NCBI GenBank assembly: GCA_964449205.1
Contig: CAYVBG010000001.1
Span: 1-36,260 of the forward strand
Length of the DNA: 36,260 bases
Origin: an uncultured Zetaproteobacteria bacterium
GTDB lineage: Bacteria; Pseudomonadota; Zetaproteobacteria; Mariprofundales; Mariprofundaceae
Direction: 5' to 3'
A program made the translations under genes and the position numbers. A model generated the notes under the pieces. That model had not been told where the DNA came from. It saw only the letters and a program-made list of their open reading frames with translations, and made no database searches. Of this stretch, positions 21,548 through 29,639 are shown piece by piece. Within the stretch, counting starts at the first letter, position 1; each line of letters opens with the position of its first letter.

Positions 21548-22912
21548 CTAACGCTTGACCTGCATCAGGGAGGAAAGCATCTGGTCGGTGGTCAGAATGG
21601 TCTTCGAGTTCGCCTCATAGGCGCGCTGGATCACGATGAGTTTCACGAACTCGTTGGCCAGATCCACGTTCGACTGCTCCAGACCGTAGGGGGTGATGGT
21701 GCCCAGGCCGCCATTGCCCGGCGTGCCCATGACGGGACTGCCCGAGGCAATGGTTTCCTGCAACAGGTTGTTGCCCACATGCGAGAGCACGGCGTCGTTC
21801 GGGAAGCTGGCCAGCGCCACCTGATACAGCGCGCGCCGCTGGCCGTTGGTGAACACGCCGAAGATGCGTCCGGCGGAGTCCGTTTCCAGCCGGTCGAGGA
21901 ATCCGGCCGGGAAGCCGTCGCGCGTGATCTGGCGGGTGGCAAAGCTGCCCGCCATCTGCACCGTGCCGTTCAGGCCGGTGCCGGTCACGCCTTGGGCGTC
22001 GGTGGTGGTGGCGTTACCGAAGTCCATGCTGATGCTGCCGGGCGCGGCGTTCTTCCAGTTGATGGTGAGATTGGGCGAGATTTCGGTCACCAGCTCGCCA
22101 TTGGCGCCGAAGGCCAATGCCTGCGAGCCGAGCGTGGGTGGGGTGGAAGCTGTAACGGGCGTGTTGATTTCGGTCAGCACACCGGGCGTGCCGCCGGCCA
22201 GTTCGCCGCCGTCCACCGCCGCGCGCCAGTCCCAGATGGTGTTGCCGGCCGCGTCCTGCCCCTGCTTGATGAAACACAGGTTGACGGCATGGGTTTGGCC
22301 CAGCGAATCGTAGACATTGATCTGGGTTTTGAAGTGGAAGGTGGCCGGATTGTTCGGGTCGAATGTCGTACCGGCGGGCAGCACGGTGGCGTTGGAATCC
22401 AGCGTGATGCCGGCCAGCACCTTGGTCGTGGCCTGAGCCTGGGCGGCCAGGTTGGCGAAGGTGATGTCGGTGACGCTGCCCACCGGCTTTTGTGTCACCG
22501 GGTCGAGCTTCGTGCCCTGCACGATGTTGCCTTGGCCGTCGATCAGGTTGAAGCTCTTGTCCAGAATGAAGTTTCCGGCGCGGGTGTAGAGCAGTTTGTT
22601 GCTGGCCGGGTCGCGCAGTGCGAACAGGCCATTGCCGTTGATGGCCATGTCCGTGGCGCTGGTGGTGTTCTGGATCGTGCCCTGCTGGCGGTCGCGCGTG
22701 ATGGCTGCGATGCGCACGCCGTTGCCCACCTGATTGGCGATGTTCGACCGGGTCACGCCGATGGTTTGCGAGAGCACGTCCGAGAAGCTCACGTTCTGGC
22801 TCTTGAAGCCCAGCGAGTTGACATTGGCGATGTTGTCGCCGATCACGCGCACGGCCTCGCCATACGAGGTCAGGCCGCTGGCGCCGATGAACAATGCGTT
22901 GAAAACACCCAT
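21548..22912 (-). CDS. flgE: Flagellar hook protein FlgE
   Basis: 454 aa. N-terminal MGVFNALFIGASGLTSYGEAVRVIGDNIANVNSLGFK and C-terminal LEQSNVDLANEFVKLIVIQRAYEANSKTILTTDQML. AAGGAG RBS. Confidence 0.95.
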   Translation of the reverse strand: MGVFNALFIGASGLTSYGEAVRVIGDNIANVNSLGFKSQNVSFSDVLSQTIGVTRSNIANQVGNGVRIAAITRDRQQGTIQNTTSATDMAINGNGLFALRDPASNKLLYTRAGNFILDKSFNLIDGQGNIVQGTKLDPVTQKPVGSVTDITFANLAAQAQATTKVLAGITLDSNATVLPAGTTFDPNNPATFHFKTQINVYDSLGQTHAVNLCFIKQGQDAAGNTIWDWRAAVDGGELAGGTPGVLTEINTPVTASTPPTLGSQALAFGANGELVTEISPNLTINWKNAAPGSISMDFGNATTTDAQGVTGTGLNGTVQMAGSFATRQITRDGFPAGFLDRLETDSAGRIFGVFTNGQRRALYQVALASFPNDAVLSHVGNNLLQETIASGSPVMGTPGNGGLGTITPYGLEQSNVDLANEFVKLIVIQRAYEANSKTILTTDQMLSSLMQVKR

Positions 22913-22956
22913 AATGATGCTCCTTTGTGTTTATTTCCGCTTGCGCGCGCGGGGGC

Positions 22957-23622
22957 TCACAGGCGGATTTCCCGAATGGCCTCGGGCGATACGGCGATGC
23001 CGTTCACCACGAGTTGCGTGCCGGAATCGGTGAGGCGCACGGCGGTCACCTGTCCGTTTTGCCGGGCGGTGACGTTCACCGGCTGACCGCTCAGATCGGT
23101 GGCGCTCAGCACCACGCGGTAGTTGCCTTGCGGCGCCGGTGTGCCGGCGCTGGTCAGGCCGTCCCAAGTGATGTCGTTCACGCCCCCGGCCGGATTCAGA
23201 ACCTGCATCGTGCGCACGGTGTCGCCGCTTGCATCCACGATGGATACGGACAGTTGCGTGGCGGGTGCGTCCAGCACGGCCTGGAAACGTGCCGGCGCGC
23301 CGGCGTAATGCAACTGGTCGGCATCCACGGTCACGGCGCGTCCCAGATAGCTGGCTGCGGCGGTGGCGGGAGTTCCGTTGGGGTTGCCCGCGCCGCCGGA
23401 TTTGGCCAGTTCCGCCAGCAGTTTGTTGGTCTTGATCTGCTGCTCCACCATGTTGAACTGGGCCAGTTGGCTGGCCATTTTGGTCGGATCCTGCGGTTTG
23501 AGCGGATCCTGATTGCTCATTTGCGCCACCAGCAGTTTCAGGAATATGTCTTTCTTGCCCAGGTCATTCTGGGTGGTGCGCCGGGGTTGCTTCGGCGCGG
23601 CGGTTGCGGTGGGTGTCAGCAT
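22957..23622 (-). CDS. flgD: Hook capping/scaffold protein FlgD
   Basis: 221 aa with the signature LGKKDIFLKLLVAQMSNQDPLKPQDPTKMASQLAQFNMVEQ. Confidence 0.95.
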   Translation of the reverse strand: MLTPTATAAPKQPRRTTQNDLGKKDIFLKLLVAQMSNQDPLKPQDPTKMASQLAQFNMVEQQIKTNKLLAELAKSGGAGNPNGTPATAAASYLGRAVTVDADQLHYAGAPARFQAVLDAPATQLSVSIVDASGDTVRTMQVLNPAGGVNDITWDGLTSAGTPAPQGNYRVVLSATDLSGQPVNVTARQNGQVTAVRLTDSGTQLVVNGIAVSPEAIREIRL

Positions 23623-23641
23623 GTTGACTCTCCTTTCCGGT

Positions 23642-25333
23642 TCATGCGCGAATGCTCAGGCGTCCGGCGTATGGCGCCGGAGCACGGGAAGGGGCATCGC
23701 CGCTGTCACCGGTCTGCGTCGTGGCCGGGGTGTTCGGGCCGGATTGGCCGGCGGCGCCTTGGCTGTGCGGGCTGCTCCCCTGCCATTGGCCGCCTCCGTC
23801 ATGGCTCATGCCGGCGCTCAGCGAGAACGCGCCGGGTTGCATGCCCTGGCTTTCCAGCGCCAGACGCAATTGCGGCAGATGTTGCTGAATGGCCTGTTGC
23901 GCGGCGGGTTGTTCGGCGGTGATGTGCACCATCAATTGTTTGGCGGCGTCGGTTTGCAATGAAACATGCACCGTGCCCAGATGCGCGGGCTTGAGCCGGA
24001 TCTCCAGTCGCGCATGACCTTGGGAGGCCGAATGGGCGATCTGCTGCACGGCCTCCAATGCGTGCAGCGGGCCGAACATGCGCGAGGGGCCGCCGTGGGT
24101 TTGCGGCGTCGATGCCTGGGCGGCGTCCCCGGCCGGCGCGACGGGCGATGGCATGGCGGTCTGCGTGGCGGCTGCGGCATGGGATGTCGTGGGCGCGGTG
24201 GGTGCGGCAGCTTCCAGGGGCGGCCTGGATGTCATTGGATCCGGAGCGAGCGGGGATGATGCCGGGGCATGGGATGCCATCGGCGCGCGACCGGGCCGGG
24301 ATGACGCCTGGGGCGCGCGTTCCGGCCCGGACAATGCCTCGCCGCCGTTTGCCGGCGCATGATTCTGTCCGGGATGGTGATCGGGCTGGCGTGTTGCGGC
24401 CGGTTGCGACGCGATGTCTGCGCCTCGTGTGGTGGCGGGTCTCGGGGTGTTGCCGGCGGTCGGGCTCGGCGCAACGGCATGGGAGCGGGAATTCGCATCC
24501 TTGCGCGACGACGGGCGCTCGACCGGGGCTTGTGCCGCAGGGATCGGTGCTGTGCCGCCCTCGCCGGAGGCGATCCGCGCCGTGATGACCTGTGCGGAAA
24601 CAGGTTGTGCGGACACGGATCGCGCGATGGTTTGCGGCTCGGAGACGCCGGTTCCCGTGCGCCCCGGGGTGGTGGGGGCGGTGTCGCTCTGCCGGCGCCC
24701 GGTCGGCACATCCTCGATGGAAGCAGGCAGGGAGCGGGCGGTTTCGTTTGGGCCGGCATGGCGGGCGGTGCTTTGCGTCGCAAGGGCGGTATCGGGCCGT
24801 GCGATGTTGACTGCGGGATGGTTTTCGGTGTCGGGCTGCCGTTGGCCCGGAGACCGGGTGGACGCATGGAATGATGAGGCGATGGGGAGGGCGTCCTTTG
24901 GATTGTCTGTCTGGCTGGCGTGCGTCGGCATGGCCGGTCGGGCCGTGGCGGATTCCGCTTTCCCGGGGCGGGCCTCCTGCCGGAGGGCGATCGCCGCGAG
25001 CGCGGCCAGGGCCTCGTTGGGCAACGAACGCTTCTCGGGCTCGGCCTTGCGTTTGGCATGCGTATCGGACTGTGTGCGATGCCCCACGGTTGTGTGCGAC
25101 AGGGCGGTGGCATGCCGGGCGGCGGTCGGGTTCCGGTTTGCGCCGGCGGCATGGCGTGTTGCCGCGCCTGCGAACGCCCCGGATGCCCCCGCGCCCTTCT
25201 GCCCGCCCTTGGCCGAGAGCAGCGCCAGCAGCGCGGCGAACAATCCGCCCTTGCCGGCGTGACCTGCTTGCGTGGCCGCGGCTTGGGCGATGCCCTGCGC
25301 GGCGGAGGAGGATGCCTGGGTCTGCTCGATCAT
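23642..25333 (-). CDS. fliK: Hook-length control protein FliK
   Basis: 563 aa with N-terminal MIEQTQASSS...GGLFAALLALL and a long Pro/Ala/Thr-rich linker. The C-terminal Flg_hook domain reads HARLEIRLKPAHLGTVHVSLQTDAAKQLMVHITAEQPAAQQAIQQHLPQLRLALESQGMQ. The same-strand alternative frame 23799..25469 is Arg-rich and not protein-like. Confidence 0.9.
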   Translation of the reverse strand: MIEQTQASSSAAQGIAQAAATQAGHAGKGGLFAALLALLSAKGGQKGAGASGAFAGAATRHAAGANRNPTAARHATALSHTTVGHRTQSDTHAKRKAEPEKRSLPNEALAALAAIALRQEARPGKAESATARPAMPTHASQTDNPKDALPIASSFHASTRSPGQRQPDTENHPAVNIARPDTALATQSTARHAGPNETARSLPASIEDVPTGRRQSDTAPTTPGRTGTGVSEPQTIARSVSAQPVSAQVITARIASGEGGTAPIPAAQAPVERPSSRKDANSRSHAVAPSPTAGNTPRPATTRGADIASQPAATRQPDHHPGQNHAPANGGEALSGPERAPQASSRPGRAPMASHAPASSPLAPDPMTSRPPLEAAAPTAPTTSHAAAATQTAMPSPVAPAGDAAQASTPQTHGGPSRMFGPLHALEAVQQIAHSASQGHARLEIRLKPAHLGTVHVSLQTDAAKQLMVHITAEQPAAQQAIQQHLPQLRLALESQGMQPGAFSLSAGMSHDGGGQWQGSSPHSQGAAGQSGPNTPATTQTGDSGDAPSRAPAPYAGRLSIRA

Positions 25334-25344
25334 GCCTGCCTTGG

Positions 25345-25360
25345 AGCAGGGATTGTGCCA
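25345..25360 (-). promoter_or_regulatory. sigma54-type -24/-12 promoter candidate immediately upstream of fliK
   Basis: The minus strand reads (C)TGGCAC-AATCC-CTGCT with exact GG-N10-GC spacing. The -12 C is at 25346, so predicted +1 is about 25334, one nt before the fliK ATG (25333). Confidence 0.6.
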
Positions 25361-25407
25361 GAGTCAAACCCAATAAAATCAACAGGTTGAGGGCTGCCGG
25401 ACAAGCA

Positions 25408-25430
25408 GGGGCGGCAAGATTTGCCGCCCC
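25408..25430 (-). terminator. GC-rich hairpin downstream of the channel gene (possible terminator/insulator)
   Basis: GGGGCGGCAA-gat-TTGCCGCCCC is a perfect 10-bp stem with a 3-nt loop. No clean T-tract follows on the minus strand, so terminator function is uncertain. Confidence 0.35.
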
Positions 25431-25464
25431 GTGAGGCAAGTGTTGCCGCCTTTCCCGATGAAGT

Positions 25465-25494
25465 CGCAAAAAGGTCGTCCATGGCCTTTTTGCG
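25465..25494 (-). terminator. A/T-tract hairpin downstream of the channel gene (possible bidirectional terminator)
   Basis: CGCAAAAAGG-(10 nt)-CCTTTTTGCG is a perfect 10-bp stem whose 3' arm carries a T5 run in either orientation. Confidence 0.4.
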
Positions 25495-25609
25495 TCAAGG
25501 GGATCGAAACGCGCGGTTTCGCCCCCCCTTGCACATCCAGGACTTGCGTGGCAAGCGCATGGATGCGCGCGCCCTTTGATGGGCGCGATGATGATTGTTT
25601 ATGAAGCCA

Positions 25610-28471
25610 TCACTCCTGATCGGTGATGACGATCAGTTCCGCGATGTCCGGGCGGTGCATCAGCCAGGAATAGCGCGACACCGGATTGCCGAACGGATTC
25701 AGGATGATTTGATACTGCCGCAGGCAGGAGAAGTCGTGCTCGCGCGGAAACAGCTTGCGGATCCGGTCCTGCACCGGGTCGTGCCACTCGAATCCTTGAT
25801 GCAGCCGGTAGCCGATCCAGACATGACCGCGCTCCAGGAGGTGCGCGAACAGCGCGCCGGCGTCCTCGGGCAGATCGCCCCGCACGGTGATGGTGCGCAG
25901 ATCCATGTCGTCGTCCTCGTTGACATCGCACATCAGCTTGTCGATGGCGTGGCGCAATGTGCGTTGCAGCTCATAGGCTTCCTGGTTTTCCGACGCAAAC
26001 ATGTGGAAGCTCGTGTGGGCGATGTAGGCGCCGTAGTACTCGTCCGGCACGGTCACATGCACCTCGGTGGGCAGGTCGAAGCGATCCAGTTCCTCCTGCA
26101 ACAGGCGCGCCTGCCTGCGATCCTGAAGCAGCGGGAAGATCTGCGGTCGATCGCCATGCTCGCGCACGATGGTGATGAGGTGCGAGAGCACGGTGGCGAT
26201 GATCATGTAAGCCTGGCCGGGCATTTCCTGCGGGCGGGACAGGATGATGCGATCCGCGCCGCGCACGTGTTCGCGCAGCGCGTCCATGCGGATGAAGTTC
26301 CACCGCACGAACTTGATGTGGATGCGCTTTTCCGCTCCCGGCATTTCGCGGATGCGGCGGCGCAGGTAGTCCTCGCTTTCGGCCAGTTCGTCCGGCGTGA
26401 GCTGGTCGATGATGGTGACATGGATGTCGTCGAAGTCGTTGAGCATTCGTTTGAGAATCAGAGGCAGGGAACCCGCCCAGCCCACGATGGCCACGCGCAG
26501 GCTGGCAGGATACGCGTCCAGCGCGAGACCATGCGGCATGGGGATGGCGGGCGCGGCGTGGCTGGACTGGCTGGCACCCTTGCGAAACGCGTACACCAGC
26601 TCGCCATGCAGGTCGCGTGGCTGGATGGCCAGTCCCAGCGCGGCCGTGATGCGCATCGGCTGCGCCAGCGCACCGGATTCCATCAACTTGTAGAGCGGAT
26701 GCGCCGTGCCCGATTCGTCCACCAGCGCCACCAGCGTGACGCCGCGCGGCAGCATCGAGGCGGCCAGATGCACCATGTCCCATTTGGCGTCGGCGCCGTC
26801 CATGCGAATCACGACCCGGTCGCCGTCCCGGCGCGCCTCGCCTTCCCATTCGCAGATCTGGAGCGCGGATTCCTCGGTGCGCTCCGGAATCATCAGCCGC
26901 TCCATGACCTGGTCGAAATCCTGATAGACCAGGATATTGCGCAGCATGTTGGCGCGCACCTCGGCCTGGGACATGACCACGGTGGGCTTGTCGTAGGCCT
27001 GTTGGTTGTCCCAGCCGATTTGCAGGATGTGATGATGGCTGGAGAGCTGCGGATGCGCCAGGCTCGGCGAAGCATAGTTCAGATAGATGCCGGGATTGGT
27101 GTTTCGGATGGCCAGCAGCGAAAACATGCTGTGCGCCAGTTGCGTGGATTGCGGCACGTTGTCCGGCACGTTGACGATGGCCTGTCGCGCATGGTTCAGG
27201 TTTACGCGCCGGAGCGATTCCACCTCCATCACGTTGCCCCAGCGGTAGGACACCCACGGATGATCGAGCAGTCCTTCGGGCGGTGTGCTGCTGTCGCCCA
27301 GCAACACCAGCTTCAGCCGGGCGAACTGGCGCTCGGAGATCGTATGCAGCTTGTTCAGGATGTAGGGCGCGGCCTGCGACCAGCCCAGCATCACCATGTG
27401 ATTGCTGACATTCAGGCGCTCGTTGCGCAGTTTCTCCATCAGGCCCGACACCACCTGCGCGCCGATGCCGATGAAGAACGCGAAGATGAACACGCCGACG
27501 ATCACGGCAACGGCCGATTCCACCGCCATCTGTGCGTTGGGGGGATAGGCGATGGAGTTGCCCGGGTCGGTGAACAGCCGGAATGCGAACCAGACCTGGG
27601 CGAACAGGGTGCCGTCGGCATCGTCGATCACGCCGTCTTGCGTGTAGTCAAACGGCGGCAACAGGAAGCGCCCGATGACACCGCCCAGAATGGCCAGCAC
27701 GCCCAACAGCAGGATCACCAGATTGACCTCTTGCATGAATTGCCCTTCGCGAATGACCTCGCGCAGGTTGCGCACGATGACCAGCCACGGTCGCAGCAGC
27801 CGGATCAGGCGCAGCGCGCGCAGGGCGCTGCCGTGCGGAATGACCGCGAAGGCCGGAATCATCACCACCGTGGCGACCAGATCGATCCACCAATACACCC
27901 ATTCGGACACGCGCTCCTTGCGGTTTTCGAAGTCCATGTGGCGCATCAGCACCAGCCGGATGGCCAGTTCCACCGAGAAGAAGATGATGATGACCCACAT
28001 CAATGTGTCGTGGGCGAAGAACGACAGCAGAATCACCAGCGAGATGAACATGCCATAGGTGGGCGAGAACATGGCGCTCTGCAAATCGATGTAGCGGAAG
28101 GCGCGCAAGGTGCGCATCAGGTAGAAGGCGCGCAGCAGGCGCGCGGCGGCGGCGTCTTGCGCGTCCAGCGGAATATGGAACATGGTGATCAGCAACGAGG
28201 CCACGCCGATGATGTCCAGCACCAAAAACAGGGCGTCCAGCTTGCTGTTCAGCGAGGAACGGTAGGGATTGGTGCGAATCTTGTAGCGCATGACCGCGAT
28301 GCGCAGCCCGATCTCGATGGAAAACACGACGAACAGCACGCTGGCCAGGGCCGGATTGTGCGTGAACGAGGCCGCAATGAGCGCCAGCATCAGCACGCCG
28401 AAGCGGGGATGCATCAGCACCCATTCGATGTGATGAAACAGCAGCGGACGATCCTTCAGCACGGATTGCAT
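25610..28471 (-). CDS. Putative voltage-sensor-containing cation channel: two S1-S4-like modules, CASTOR/POLLUX-like pore, two RCK-like cytoplasmic modules
   Basis: 953 aa. Two repeats each carry S2 (FSIEIGLRIAVMR / FSVELAIRLVLMR), S3 (LDALFLVLDIIG / WWIDLVATVVMIP) and S4 (RLLRAFYLMRTLRAFR / LRALRLIRLLRPWLVIVRNLR). Then come S5 (VNLVILLLGVLAILGGVIG), pore helix/filter WFAFRLFTDPGNSIAY, and S6 (AVAVIVGVFIFAFFIGIGAQVV). Two Rossmann-like starts follow: HMVMLGWSQAAP (about aa 358) and RVAIVGWAGSLP (about aa 659). GAGG RBS 6 nt before the ATG. Confidence 0.8.
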   Translation of the reverse strand: MQSVLKDRPLLFHHIEWVLMHPRFGVLMLALIAASFTHNPALASVLFVVFSIEIGLRIAVMRYKIRTNPYRSSLNSKLDALFLVLDIIGVASLLITMFHIPLDAQDAAAARLLRAFYLMRTLRAFRYIDLQSAMFSPTYGMFISLVILLSFFAHDTLMWVIIIFFSVELAIRLVLMRHMDFENRKERVSEWVYWWIDLVATVVMIPAFAVIPHGSALRALRLIRLLRPWLVIVRNLREVIREGQFMQEVNLVILLLGVLAILGGVIGRFLLPPFDYTQDGVIDDADGTLFAQVWFAFRLFTDPGNSIAYPPNAQMAVESAVAVIVGVFIFAFFIGIGAQVVSGLMEKLRNERLNVSNHMVMLGWSQAAPYILNKLHTISERQFARLKLVLLGDSSTPPEGLLDHPWVSYRWGNVMEVESLRRVNLNHARQAIVNVPDNVPQSTQLAHSMFSLLAIRNTNPGIYLNYASPSLAHPQLSSHHHILQIGWDNQQAYDKPTVVMSQAEVRANMLRNILVYQDFDQVMERLMIPERTEESALQICEWEGEARRDGDRVVIRMDGADAKWDMVHLAASMLPRGVTLVALVDESGTAHPLYKLMESGALAQPMRITAALGLAIQPRDLHGELVYAFRKGASQSSHAAPAIPMPHGLALDAYPASLRVAIVGWAGSLPLILKRMLNDFDDIHVTIIDQLTPDELAESEDYLRRRIREMPGAEKRIHIKFVRWNFIRMDALREHVRGADRIILSRPQEMPGQAYMIIATVLSHLITIVREHGDRPQIFPLLQDRRQARLLQEELDRFDLPTEVHVTVPDEYYGAYIAHTSFHMFASENQEAYELQRTLRHAIDKLMCDVNEDDDMDLRTITVRGDLPEDAGALFAHLLERGHVWIGYRLHQGFEWHDPVQDRIRKLFPREHDFSCLRQYQIILNPFGNPVSRYSWLMHRPDIAELIVITDQE

Positions 28472-28529
28472 GGGCGACCTCGTTGCGGGGAATGAGGATG
28501 ATGCCGGCCAGACACGGGGACGGGCCGGT

Positions 28530-29195
28530 TCAGGGATTCAGCGACGCAATGCGCCGGGTCAGCGCCTGGCTGATTTTCACCGCCTGCTCGGGCGGCAGGA
28601 AGGACAGGATCTTGCCCACCTTCTTTTCGTCCATGCGCGAGAAGATGCGCACCACGATGGGCAGCTCCATGCGCGCGATGACCGGCGCGGCCTTGGCCGG
28701 CTTCATGCCCTCGTAAACGGCGGTCAGGCGCTTGATTTTCTTGTCGTTGATGCTTTTTTCCTGCGCCAGCATGTCTTGCAGGCGGGCTTCCATGTCTTCC
28801 AGTTCCTTGATGCGTTTCGCGGCCTTTTGCTCCATGTCGGCCACGGCCTGTTCACGCGCGTCCAGTTTCCGGCGGCGCTCCTCCAACTGTTGCTTGAGCT
28901 CGCGCAGGCCGAGCAGGGCCTTGCGTTCGGTTTCGCAGGCCATGGCGTCGTCCGGCGTCCAGGGCGAGGCATGGGCCCGGCGCACCAATACAGGCGTCAC
29001 GGGCGCGGCGGCGGTTGCGGCCTGTCCGGTCGATGGCGGCGTGGCGGGAGGTTCGTGGGGTGTGGCCGGGCCCGCGTCGGCCGCCGGAATGGCTTGCGTG
29101 CCGGCGGCATCGTCGCCATGGAGCAGGCCAAGCGCCAGACGACCGCCCGCCACCGCTGTGAGCAGCAGCATCAGGGTCAGCATGCGGGCGCGCAT
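28530..29195 (-). CDS. YlxF/MotE-family flagellar protein (MgtE-N-like C-terminal domain)
   Basis: 221 aa with signal/anchor MRARMLTLMLLLTAVAGG and a coiled-coil segment LKQQLEERRRKLDAREQAVADMEQKAAKRIKELEDMEARL. The C-terminal region reads LTAVYEGMKPAKAAPVIARMELPIVVRIFSRMDEKKVGKILSFLPPEQAVKISQAL. It occupies the fliJ-downstream slot held by ylxF in Bacillus-type loci. Confidence 0.7.
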   Translation of the reverse strand: MRARMLTLMLLLTAVAGGRLALGLLHGDDAAGTQAIPAADAGPATPHEPPATPPSTGQAATAAAPVTPVLVRRAHASPWTPDDAMACETERKALLGLRELKQQLEERRRKLDAREQAVADMEQKAAKRIKELEDMEARLQDMLAQEKSINDKKIKRLTAVYEGMKPAKAAPVIARMELPIVVRIFSRMDEKKVGKILSFLPPEQAVKISQALTRRIASLNP

Positions 29196-29200
29196 GCTGT

Positions 29201-29638
29201 TTAACGCTCCGCGCCGCGGACGATGGCGGCGCGGTCATCGTCCTCGCGTTGTTGGCGGATGTCCTGTTTGCGACGATGCGCCCGTTGCAGGCGCGCTTCC
29301 ATCCGGCCCAGCGCCTTGTCGCGGCCGTCCAGTTCGAGCCAGCGGCGCAGCACCGCCTGCTCCTGTTCGTGCACCCGATCCATTTGCGCTTCCAGGCGCG
29401 CGATGCGAGCCTGATGTTCGCGCATCATGTCGTCCATCAACACCAGCATGCCGGCGCGCGCGCCGGTTCTGAGCGTGTGTTCGCGCTGGCGGGCCAGCTC
29501 CTCCAGTCGGGCCTCGGTTTCATTCATGCGCTGCATGATCTCGTGCCGTTCACGGCCGAGCGCGGCCAGTTCCTGTCCGGCCCGCTGGCGCTCGCGTTCG
29601 CCGAGCTTTTGCAGAATCCGGTGCGGCGTCAGGCGCAT
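29201..29638 (-). CDS. fliJ: Flagellar export chaperone/stalk protein FliJ
   Basis: 145-aa all-coiled-coil, Arg/Glu-rich protein located immediately after fliI. Confidence 0.8.
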   Translation of the reverse strand: MRLTPHRILQKLGERERQRAGQELAALGRERHEIMQRMNETEARLEELARQREHTLRTGARAGMLVLMDDMMREHQARIARLEAQMDRVHEQEQAVLRRWLELDGRDKALGRMEARLQRAHRRKQDIRQQREDDDRAAIVRGAER

Positions 29639-29639
29639 C

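Noticed and set aside
23799-25469. 556-aa same-strand alternative frame overlapping fliK
   Set aside because: It is Arg-rich (RRRR runs) with no FliK features. The 23642..25333 frame ends in a clear Flg_hook domain and begins right after a promoter-like element.
25541-25558. Plus-strand TGGCAAGCGCATGGATGC, resembling a -24 element
   Set aside because: The position 10 nt after the GG carries GA, not GC. There is also no credible plus-strand gene downstream, only the antisense shadow ORF.
25595-28495. 966-aa plus-strand ORF, the longest in the track
   Set aside because: It is the antisense shadow of the channel gene. Its translation is His/Arg/Gly/Gln/Asp-rich low-complexity sequence with no TM helices or recognisable motifs. 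The minus-strand frame reads as a coherent channel with an RBS.
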